A stretch of 64,000 bases of DNA, taken from assembly GCF_037042905.1 (NCBI RefSeq), contig NC_087252.1:1-64000 (forward strand). Direction: 5' to 3'. Shown piece by piece: positions 53,728 through 64,000 of this stretch (position 1 is the stretch's first letter; each line of letters starts with the position of its first letter). The position numbers and the translations under genes are program-made. This stretch comes from Lytechinus pictus. Taxonomy: Eukaryota. A model generated the notes under the pieces. That model was not told the DNA's origin. It did no database searches and saw nothing but the letters and a program-made list of their open reading frames with translations.

Positions 53728-53950
53728 TGGCTGGGATTCGAACCCACAACCTGTTTCAAAGTCCAGAGACTGATCCAATGACCACAACATGCCACGCACA
53801 AGGTGTGTGGCTCAGTGGTCAAGTCACTGGACTTTGAACCAAAAAGGTCTGGGGTTCAAATCCCACCACAACACTCGGTTCCTTTGGCAAGGCGTTGATC
53901 TACATTTACCACTCTCCACCCAGGTGTCATAAATGGGTACCCAGTAGCGG
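53728..53950. mobile_element. Two divergent tRNA-derived SINE heads; the + copy continues into a SINE body
   Basis: A-box TGGCTCAGTGG and B-box GGTTCAAATCC on +; mirror copy (GGATTCGAACC) on -; body motif CCACCCAGGTG...AAATGGGTACC. Confidence 0.7.
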
Positions 53951-54012
53951 CAAGAAACATTAGTATTATCGTTACACATATCATCAGGGAACAAAACAAG
54001 CATTAAACTTAC

Positions 54013-54132
54013 CCTTTTCATCTCTGTTTTTGTTTGAGTCCAATCTTGGAAGCAAGAATAGATTGAGATCTAAAGGGAGAGTCTTGGAGCTAAGGCAAGG
54101 CATGACTGAACTCCTGGCAAGGGATGAACAAC
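54013..54132 (-). CDS. SMG9: SMG9 exon
   Basis: (G)CSSLARSSVMPCLSSKTLPLDLNLFLLPRLDSNKNRDEK; NLFLLP motif; phase 1-1. Confidence 0.9.
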
Positions 54133-54789
54133 CTTAAAAATATAGAACAAATAGATCAGTAGAAATAAAACGTATCCATGTAACACAGACTGTAGGGGCT
54201 GTGAAACATTTTGCTGTTAAAAAAAAAATACCAGTTATGGTAACGATCTCAAAATGAGTCTGAACAGAATCCATTGAAATTACCACCAGTGTTCGTAATT
54301 ATGTATAAAGAAATTTAGGCCAAATAGCTCTGGAAGAAAATGCATAATTGAGAAATGAGCAAAATAACACGGAATTCCATCAAACTTCAGGTATTTTTGA
54401 AGCAATGTTTATGTCAATACACTGTCCCATATATGCTAGTGGTAGTGATCATCAGAATTATTGATTTTGAGCTAAGATTTCATGATTTTACAACGATAAG
54501 TTTACATTGGTATCCCAGATCTAGATGTATGATAATATTTTGACAATAAACCATTAGACCATTAGATGTGTATGTCTGACCATCTATATGTTGGACCCTT
54601 ATTGAGTTAAATTGTGACTGTTTTCTAGTCATCTATCCATCCATTCATCCATAAGTAATCCTTCCATCCATCCGTCCATCAATCCATCTATCCATCCGTC
54701 CAGCTATCCATCCATGCATCCATCCATCCAATCATTCGTCCATCCATCCAACCATCCATCCAATATACATATCACCATGAGTATCATAC

Positions 54790-55069
54790 CTGTATATTTG
54801 AGTTTAGATGTCATCATGAGAGAGTGGATGGCCTGTTGCATAGCATTGACAGTGATGGGTTGAAAACATTCTAAATATCTTACTTTCTAGAATCTACCTA
54901 TCTATCTGTCTATCCATCCATCCATCCATCTATTCATTCATCCATCCATTCATCTATCTAATAATGTATTCCCATGAGAATATCATACCTGTGTATTTGA
55001 GTTTAGATGTCATCATGAGAGAGTGAATGGCCTGTTGCATAGCATTGACAGTGATGGGTTGAAAACATT
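54790..55069 (-). repeat. Two intronic 81-nt copies of the 3' part of an SMG9 exon, each with its donor
   Basis: 54790-54870 and 54989-55069 duplicate ~55201-55281 plus the GTATGA donor; separated by (ATCC)/(ATCT) microsatellite. Confidence 0.9.
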
Positions 55070-55200
55070 CTAAATATCTATCGATCTATCTTACTATCTA
55101 CTTATCTATCTATATATTTATCTATCTATTTATCCATCCATCTATTCATTCATCCATCCATTCATCTATCTAATAATGTATTCCCATGAGAATATCATAC

Positions 55201-55308
55201 CTGTGTATTTGAGTTTAGATGTCATCATGAGAGAGTGAATGGCCTGTTGCATAGCATTGACAGTGATGGGTTGAAAACACTCACGACTCGCTTTATTCTG
55301 CACAAATA
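55201..55308 (-). CDS. SMG9: SMG9 exon
   Basis: (V)FVQNKASRECFQPITVNAMQQAIHSLMMTSKLKYT(G); VFxQNKA motif. Confidence 0.92.
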
Positions 55309-56025
55309 CTGAGAAAGATAAAAACAAGATCATTTTCATTCAAACAATGGCATAGTAGTAACACATACTTTAAAGTTTGAAACAATCACTCCTTTGTTTT
55401 AAATTTACAGTGACTTCCTGTCCATTCCCACATTATATGTGAACTTTTGGCTTTTACAACTGAATGTTTTTAATACTCTTCCTACTTAATGAAATATAGT
55501 ATGAAAATATATTTCTCTCACTCTGAAATCAGTAAACAATGATTTAATGAGAAGTCTTTATAATCAATTTTGTCATGCCACAGTAGATCTAAACATGTAC
55601 ATGACTCTACCTCTGTGGAATCAATAACTCTGTGTAATAGGAGCTGAATGACCACACTGAAGATAACCAGTATGTGGATAAAGACCCAACATAGACTTGG
55701 TATTTATTCATTTATTTATTTCAGTTTTCTTTCACCAGGGTAGCTCCTTCAATTGCGTAAACTAATTTACAAGAGGGCCCTGGGATGCCATCTTATTTTG
55801 TCCATTTCTTGTTATTTAAATTTTTTTTTTTACCAGAATCATTTAACATTTTTACTTGTACATACAAAAACTTGGGTAATATTTTTATTGGATTCTGTTC
55901 AAACTAAGTTTACATTGTCTCCATAACTGACATCTATGTATAAAGCAATTATTCATAGTTATTTGTGTCTTTACTATTGGCAAACATTATTTTTCATTGT
56001 CCACTGCTTAGATAAGAGCTCATAC

Positions 56026-56218
56026 CTATATTTGGGACGAAGTCCTCTGGGTCATCCAGATTACTGTTCTCTGATTGGTTGCTTGGTGGGGGCGGGGTCG
56101 CTGGCTTGAGCATCTCTGCTCGTTTGATGAATTCTATGATGTTGATATCACTAAACCAATCTTCAACCACCATTACAACATGACATACAGTCAGGAGAAA
56201 TGCTGCAATGTACAGGGA
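56026..56218 (-). CDS. SMG9: SMG9 exon
   Basis: SLYIAAFLLTVCHVVMVVEDWFSDINIIEFIKRAEMLKPATP...; highly characteristic SMG9 segment. Confidence 0.96.
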
Positions 56219-56964
56219 CTGAATAGAGAAGAAAAATCAAATGATAATAAGAACAATAACTTCTGAAGATTTCCATGGCAAAGAATAATAATAGGCATTT
56301 GTATAGTGCCATCTAGCTAGAAACAATCTATTCCAAGGCACATCATCCCATCTTTAGCTCGAGCTGCCTTTCAGCGCCTGTGAATTTAAGGAATTAATCC
56401 TGCCGGGTACCCATTCACTTCACCTGGGTTAAGTGCAGCACAGTGTGGATAAATTTCTTGCTGAAGGAATGAATGTATTTATAGACTTCATGTTACACAA
56501 GGTTTTTCTTTTGGGGGCTCATGTGTGGTCCTAAAAAGGACTACCCAAGTTAGACATTTCAGCAAGTATGTCCTTGTCAGTGTCCCAGCAAAATTACCCT
56601 GGTTGTATCATGTTATTCTCGATAGTTGATATTGAAGACTATTGACAATATGTGATGAGGAGAATTCAGGCCTGCCAACATTTGAAAATGAAAAAAAGGA
56701 ATTCTAATCGCGCAGCACAAATTTTTTTGCTCGATATCAGGTGTCTCCCTTCCTTTTTTTTAAATTAAGACATGTTTAGCATTTTCATATTTGAGAAATT
56801 ACAAGTGTTGACAAACTATATTACTCTTACAACCACACAAACACTCATACACCACCACACAAATACAAACATGTATATGGGTTTATTTATCTTTAATCTT
56901 AAATGGAAAAATTGAGTGCTCCTCTTTTTAGTTGATAAAAAATCTTTAAAATGGGGTAACTCCT

Positions 56965-57245
56965 GGGGGCAATGTGGTCTAGTGGTTAAGACTCTTGTCT
57001 TTCAATCTGAGGGACATGGGTTCAATTCCCAGTCATGGCGTGTTTTCCTTCAGCAAGAAATTTACCCACATTGTGCTGCACTCAACCCAGGTGAGGTTAT
57101 TGGCTTCAGGCAGGAAGTAATTCCTCAAAAAGCTTTGAGCACCTGAATCTGTAGACAAGCTTAGCCAGGGTAATATAGGAGGGCCTTGAGCACCTTACAT
57201 GGTGGATACGTGTGCTATACAAAGCCTATATTGATATCATTATGA
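56965..57245 (+). mobile_element. tRNA-derived SINE
   Basis: A-box TGGTCTAGTGG and B-box GGTTCAATTCC; body shared with fragments at ~40318-40475 (+) and ~56285-56468 (-). Confidence 0.8.
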
Positions 57246-57246
57246 T

Positions 57247-58397
57247 AAACAAGGCAAAAGCGATTTTGTGTCTCACTTATGAAAATAACCAGAAATATCG
57301 CGATTTGCAAGGGCACGCAACAGAATTGTATCGAAACTTCATTGTGAAATGACTGGGATGGAATAACACTTGTCATACCAGTCTTGCACAAAAACTTTAA
57401 TGTTGACCTCAAAATGAACTTTGACCATACCATGTGACCTCCCAACACAATAGCATGCAGGTCCCCTAAGTACATCTACCATCCAAGTTTGGTTGAAAAG
57501 TGATTTATGGTTGCAGAGATATGTGTCATAAGGGAGTCTTGCACGGAAAATTTAACATTGACCTGAAAATGACCTTTGACCTTAACATGTGACCTCCAAC
57601 TGCAGCATGACATGCAGGTATCATAACTACATTGACAATCCAAGTTTTGGTGAAAAGTGACTTGCGGTTGCGGAGTTAGGTGTCATAAGAGAATCTTGCA
57701 TGTAAACTTAAACGTTGACCTGAAAATGACCTTTGACCTTACCATGAGACCTCCGAATGCAGCAAAACATAAGGGTCGCCTAAGTACATCTACCATCCAA
57801 GTTTGGTTGAAAAGTGACTTACAGTTGCAGAGTTAGGTGTCATAAGAGAGTCTTGCATGTAAACTTAAACGTTGACCTGAAAATGATCTTTGACCTTACC
57901 ATGTGACCTCCGACTGCAGCATAACATGCAGGTCCCCCCAGTCCATCTACCATCCAAGTTTGGTTGAAAAGTGACTTACAGTTGCAGGGTTAGGTGTCAT
58001 AAGAGAGTCTTGCATGTAAACTTTAACGTTGACCTGAAAATGAGCTTTGACCTAACCGTTTGACCTCCGACTGCAGCATAACATGCAGGTCCCCAAAGTC
58101 CATCTACCATCCAAGTTTGGTTGATAAGTGACGTACGATTGGAGAGTTAGGTGTCATAAGAGAGTCTTGCATGTAAACTTTAACGTTGACCTGAAAATGA
58201 CCTTTGACCTTACCATGTGACCTCCGACTGCAGCATAACATGCAGGTCCCCCCAGTCCATCTACCATCAAAGTTTGGTTGAAAAGTGACTTACAGTTGTG
58301 GAGTTATGTGTCATAAGGTTTGTGACGGACGGACGACAGACGACGGACGGCATTTGGATCCCTTAGTCTTGCCTTCACCTCTGGTGGGCGAGACAAT
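57247..58397 (+). mobile_element. Helentron-associated HINE / pearl-like element with 157-bp tandem core
   Basis: CATCCAAG anchor at 57480, 57637, 57794, 57951, 58108 and 58265; (GACG) microsatellite; 3' hairpin GTCTTGCC...GGCGAGAC. Confidence 0.78.
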
Positions 58398-58452
58398 AAG
58401 GAGTAGATGACAAGCCTGACAATTGTGAATGAAAACCACAGGCTTTGCCTAC

Positions 58453-58663
58453 CTGCATCTCTGCATAATTCTCAGCTGATGAATATTCAGGAGGGATGGT
58501 TTGTTTATCAGGTCCAAGAAGACGATCCATGATTGAAGAGCTAAGGATTGGTTGAGTGTCTAAGAGAATGATACGTTCTTCACTGATGAACATCTCCATA
58601 CCGGTAGTCTGATGTAAGGCTTGCTCTCCGTTGGATGAGGTCTGGGGCTTGAAGATGAAGGAG
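58453..58663 (-). CDS. SMG9: SMG9 exon
   Basis: SFIFKPQ...HQTTGMEMFISEERIILLDTQPILSSSIMD...PPEY...YAEMQ; LDTQP motif. Confidence 0.96.
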
Positions 58664-59119
58664 CTGAGAAAATAAATGAAACAGCAGCACTAATATGTTG
58701 CAAAGTAGTGGTTGATTCACTTCACACTCATTCCAAGGTACATGGTTTGAATCAGTATTTTTCAAAGAAATGCAATGGGACGACACATAAAACTGAAAAT
58801 GTAGAAATCATTATTTTGAATGAAAGCATCAGCATTCCTCTCAATTTTCAGTGCTAAATACTGAAAAGTAGTAAGACTTTGCAGTTCTTGAAAACCCATT
58901 CATTATAAATGAGCTTTCAAAGTCATCTTAGCATCACAGCTGATCATATCAAACACATGCCCACTTGTAATATCCTGTGTCTTATCAGTCCATTCACAAT
59001 GTTTTCTGCATAATATACATACAATACATGAATTACTGTCTTGACAAATCAGTGTGTTCAACATTGTGTGCACTTCCTAAATGAAATATCAAGGATTTCC
59101 ATTGTTGAGATTGGTGAAA

Positions 59120-59451
59120 GGGCCTGCCAACATTTAAAAATTAAAAAAAAGGAGTCCTAATCGCATGACACAGATTTTTCTGCTCGATGTCATGTGTGCC
59201 TCCCTAACTTTTTTTTAATCAAGACGTGTTAAGCATTCTTAGCATTCTTACATTGAGAAATAACAAATTACAGAAAAAAACTATATTACTCTTACACCCA
59301 TACACACAACCATACACCACCACACAAATACATAAATGGTTTGATTTATTTTTAATAAAAAATAAATGGAAAAAAGGGAGGGCTCCTCTTTTTGGTTGAT
59401 AAAATTTTTTTTTAATGGGGTAATTCCTTAAAAAAAGTATTTGGCAGGCCT
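59120..59451. mobile_element. Short TIR element
   Basis: GGCCTGCCAA ... TTGGCAGGCC; a second, SINE-interrupted copy starts at ~56668. Confidence 0.6.
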
Positions 59452-59596
59452 TAGTCAATAATATTTTTTTGTAAAATGAGAGAAAATCATTCTTTATAGT
59501 CTCCAGTCACTATGTACCCCCCCCCCTCCCCTTGAAATCTTGCACCAAAAAAATGTTACATAATATCTCGCGCTACAGAAGTAATATTGCTCTTAC

Positions 59597-59709
59597 CTGT
59601 GAGGATCTGTATGTTTATTACCAGCTAGGAGAGACATGAGAGTTGACTTGCCACAACCTTGAACACCTAGGACACCTATCACTAGGAAATCAGTCTGCTC
59701 AAGAAGGTA
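59597..59709 (-). CDS. SMG9: SMG9 exon with P-loop
   Basis: YLLEQTDFLVIGVLGVQGCGKSTLMSLLAG; Walker A motif GxxGxGKS. Confidence 0.97.
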
Positions 59710-59874
59710 CTATAGATCATTAAGGAATCAAAACAAACCAAATTTAATAGAATTATTATCTTTGCTTTAATTAAAATATAAAAGAACAGTTAGTACTACA
59801 ATCTTTTAATATAAACAGGGATCTGCACTATTTAATATTTTCAAACAGATATAGGGCAGCATACAACCATTCAC

Positions 59875-60362
59875 AATGATCACAATCATCACCATCGTCA
59901 TCACCATTACAATCATCACCCTTCACAATCATCACCATCATCATCACAATCACAATCACCATCATCATCATCATAATCATCACCATCATCATCATCATAA
60001 TCATCACCATCATCATCACCATCATCACCATCATCATCATCCCTATCACCATCATCGCTATCACCATCATCATCATCACTATCACCATCATCATCATCAT
60101 CATCACCATCATCACCATCATCATCATCGCTATCATCATCACCATCATCACCATCATCATCATCGCTATCACCATCATTATCATCACTATCACCATCATC
60201 ATCATCATCATCACTATCACCATCATCATCACCATCATCATCATCACCAACATCATCACCATCATCATCACCATCATCATCATCATCATCACCGTCACCA
60301 TCACCATCATCATCACCATCATCACCATCATCATCATCACCACCGCCATCACCATCATCATC
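59875..60362. repeat. Degenerate (CAT/CAC)n microsatellite
   Basis: Direct inspection; lies within an SMG9 intron. Confidence 0.95.
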
Positions 60363-60364
60363 TC

Positions 60365-61972
60365 TCTTTCTCTCCTGTGTTCTTCCTCCACTAAGGTCGG
60401 AGATCAACGGCACCGTTGGAAGTGCCGCAATTCATTGAAGGCTTTAAGTTGCAATCATGAAGAAGTATTGAGTAAGTTTTGACGAGTTGTGTGGAGGTTG
60501 CGCAAGAAGTATAGAATAAGCGTATGTAATTGGGCTTTTGTGTTGTTACTGATACGCCCAGGAGGTAAAAACGGACCGACTCTACAAAAAGAGCAGGGGT
60601 AGATTCAAAGCATGGTCCAAACTGCTTGGTGTTGGGATTAGCCTTAACGCGCTGGATAAGGTCCTGTCGGACAGATGCTAGGGCTGGACAGGTAGCAACC
60701 AGATGTTCCACATCCTCGCAGGCTGACATGCAGACGACAGCAATCATCAGGTGCTTTGCCAATCTTGGCGAGCCTGGCTTGGGTCAGATAGACTTGGCAA
60801 GAGATCTGAGCACGGATGGTGATGGCTGACCGCAGACTTGGATTGGCAATGTGCCCAGGGTACAGATCCTTCGCCTTTGGTTTAGGGGTTCTAGTCCAAA
60901 AGGACAAGAATGTCTTGTTGGTAAGGGCGTTATGCTGTCTGGCCTCGGACACCTGAATCACTGCCGACTGAACCACTCACTTCCATAGATGGTAGTTAGG
61001 GGGATTCCTTACAAGTTCATCAAGTGGGGGAAGGCTGAGTTGTTGGGAGTGCAGCACGCCATTCTTGTACGGATTTGGTGTTGGCACAGATACCATGAAG
61101 AAGAATCCTTCCTTCTATCCTGTCCATGTCGGTGCTCAAGATCTGTCCCAGGAGTTGGAGCTTTTCCTGGGTGACCAACAGGCTAATTGGGGTTATGTCA
61201 GTGAGAAGATATACTGCTTCGTCAGCTGATGTTGTTGGTAGACCCAGAATCCGCTTAAATAGGTGAATCTGTGCTTTATCTAGGCGATTCAACATTGCCC
61301 TTGAAAAGGGAATGCTAGAGCAGCCGAAGATCATCCTGGGAACACAAAAAAGTTTTCCACAGTTTTGCAGCGACATGGGGAACTACCCTTGCTCCTAGTG
61401 GTGAGGTTCCCACAAGGGCATAAAATTATCTGTATCCCTTTGTGATCGCATCGGCAGCGTAGTCATACTGAAGATGCCAAGGTGCTTGTGTGAGGAGACC
61501 TGTGCAATCGGTTCACCATTGATCTGCCAAGAGTTGCCACTGTTCTGAAGATCTTGATTAAGCACAATGATTGCACTCTTGGAGGGGTTGATCTTGTATT
61601 TCCACTCCTGGGTGTGATTAACTGTGACATTCAACATCTGTTGCAGTTCCATGGGCTCATTGCTAAGAAGTGCAATGTCATCCGCGAAGGCTATGACCCC
61701 AACGTATAGGTTGCCAACTGAGCAGCCAAGATGACACTCCCTCAGACACTTAATAAGGTCGTTGATGTAGAGAGTGAACAGCATGGGGGAAAGCACTCCC
61801 CCCTGCCTTACTCCTTGGAGAACAGGAAAGGAGGGACCAACTTCATGCTTCCAGAATACCTTGCTTGAGCAACTGTTGTAAAATTCAGTAATGGTATCCA
61901 GCAGCACTGTAGGTGGATGAGTCGCTGCTATCTTCGAAAGGAGACCATCTTGCCAGACCCTGTCGAATGCTT
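60365..61972 (-). mobile_element. 5'-truncated, frameshifted non-LTR retrotransposon (RT plus C-terminal Cys/His knuckle; RTE-X-like, clade uncertain)
   Basis: KAFDRVWQDGL, GVRQGGVLSPMLF, FADDIALL, HKHLG and C..C....EDVEHLVATC spread over several broken frames. Confidence 0.85.
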
Positions 61973-62355
61973 TCATCACCACCACCACCATCATCTTCAT
62001 CCACCATCATCATCACCATCACCATCATCGTAGTCATCTTCCTCCTCCTCCTCCACCTCATAAAGCTCTTTATAAGTTACAAGCGACTTTACAATGACTG
62101 GTGACCCTTTTATACAAACAAATTTTCATTGGTGTTGATTTAGATCATATATACTTATTTTTCATGTTCATAAAGTCACATGTAACTTACAAACAGCTTT
62201 ATTATTATTATGGTAAATTTGCCATGCAATGGTAATTACCATGGTTCGCTGATCACCAACCAATCAAAATCAAGGATTCCGTGCAAGTTATCATTGGATG
62301 GCAAAGTTACCATAATGGTAACTTTTATGCAATTTTTAGGGCCTTGGTCTCTTAC

Positions 62356-62450
62356 CTCAGATCCCACATCAACCCATTGGAATGCATTATCAATCAGCTT
62401 GATAGGCTGGGACATCATAGTGGGTGATGCTAACCTCTTATGAATCGGAA
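62356..62450 (-). CDS. SMG9: SMG9 exon
   Basis: (V)PIHKRLASPTMMSQPIKLIDNAFQWVDVGSE|GTAAG; in phase with the P-loop exon. Confidence 0.9.
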
Positions 62451-63321
62451 CTATTTAAAGAAAAACAAAACATAAAGCAGATCTCAAAGACAATGAAAAT
62501 GAATACTCAACTCTTATGGATTGAAACTATTTAGAGAAAACAACAGATAAAGCAGACCTCAAAGACAATGGAAATGAATGCTCAACTCTTATAGATTGGA
62601 ACTATTATCAGAAGAAATAAAAAGATGTACTCTACTTTAAAGGGCACACCAAACAGAACCTCATTAGCCAAACCTCAACTTCTCAACTACTCATACCTAG
62701 CCAGGATCATTCCCCATAATGCAATATTCTGAGTAGTGTAGTCTTGTAAAATAAACCCACTTGAATGGTAACACACTAATTCACAACTCCATACATTCAT
62801 ATTGCAGTAATCAATAATAACATTAACCATATTTCTAATGTGCACTCCAAGGAATACTCAAGGCACCTGACAATTTTGAATAAATTTAAAATAATAAACA
62901 GTAAATTTGAAAAATATCAAATCATACAAAAAGTCATTAACAGAAATTACACTGTAATTCATAGGAAGAGGGGGTTTATTAGGATACATTTATTAATGGA
63001 CATTATGAGACATAAGATAGGTTTTCAAGTTCAATTATGTTACCATTATAGCTAGAGGTATCTCTAATCTTAAACACATTTTAGTTTCTCCATACAGGTA
63101 GAATAAATCCATAGTGTGAAATTTTAGTGTATTTTTTTAAAAATATTTTGTACTATGCTTTGTATTCTGATGTTTTGTGATTTTCTTCTGTAATGGTGTC
63201 TTTGACATCTTTTTATGTACGAATGTTGAAATAAACTTATGAACTTAGTGTGAAGACCAACATGTTGATCAAAGTTTCAATCAGGGTCTGTGCCTGTAGA
63301 CTATTCAATGTCCCGACTCAC

Positions 63322-63625
63322 CCTCTATAGAAATACCAGGCATCTGACCTCCTGTCACTCTCTGGCTTGGTGAATAAAGCCTCCCAGTAGGGGTGCTACT
63401 CCGCCCCCTTGGGTCCCCTTCACTCCCCTGCTTCACCTTTGCTACCGGTACTGGCTTTGGTGTAACAGGGGTAGTAGTATGGGATGGTGAACCGGTGGAT
63501 GGAAGGGGTTGGCTATGGGTGGGTGTGTCCTCTCTATCCCTCACTTTGATTTTAATCTGGGGTCCTGGGGACGCAGCTCGAGAAGGTCGACTAGAACGTT
63601 CAGAACCACTGGCTTTGTCAATGTC
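63322..63625 (-). CDS. SMG9: Probable SMG9 exon encoding the disordered Pro/Ser-rich N-terminal region
   Basis: CAG|DIDKASGSERSSRPSRAASPGPQIKIKVRDRE...SIE G|GTGAGT; phase 1 matches the next exon; 5' boundary and start codon uncertain. Confidence 0.7.
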
Positions 63626-64000
63626 CTGCATTTTGGTAAAACATGGATTGATATTCATTCTTAACTCTTTCTTTTCTTTGTGGCAATTATCTTCAAGTCT
63701 AAATTGATAACATTATCAAAGTATATAAAAATTAATTAGGTAATAAATGTAAAGTTGATACAAAACAACTGTGTATTGTAAAATGTGAGCAAATAAAATT
63801 CCACAAATGAATGGAATGATGGTTCTACTTCACTCTAAAACATTCAAATAATCAGTTTTCTCAAGAACCTACAGACAATTTTTTTTTTTTTTTATCAAGA
63901 TAAAGATCACAAATTTGTTCAAAGATACATACCAAGCTGAATATTTTGCAAAATGAATCATTCTAAATCTACATAATGTGTCATTTTACTCCCTTTAAGA

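Noticed and set aside
59828..60413. Poly-His, poly-Met and Asp/Gly ORFs
   Set aside because: Three frames of an intronic (CAT)n microsatellite.

Overview
Left end of an animal chromosome with a TTAGGG-type telomere. The repeat landscape suggests an echinoderm or other invertebrate deuterostome, but that is inference only. Bases 1-6499 are (CCCTAA)n. Next comes an unusual telomere-bounded non-coding block (6500-12717). It contains a 41-bp hairpin cassette embedded in the telomere, a ~150-bp telomeric tract, about nine diverged ~410-bp hairpin-rich units each ending in a degenerate copy of that cassette (most followed by a decayed telomeric seed), and the intact cassette fused to a ~385-bp internal telomeric tract that looks like a former chromosome end. 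Three spliced housekeeping genes follow: RPS25 (minus strand, 4 coding exons, 114 aa), MTERF4 (plus strand, head-to-head with RPS25, ~457 aa) and SMG9 (minus strand, 9 exons seen, 5' end probably outside the window). Introns and intergenic DNA are packed with non-autonomous DNA transposons, Helentron-type HINEs, tRNA-derived SINEs, LINE fragments and a solo LTR. SMG9 also carries tandemly duplicated splice-site modules. All alignments and exon models were read by eye; no searches were run.
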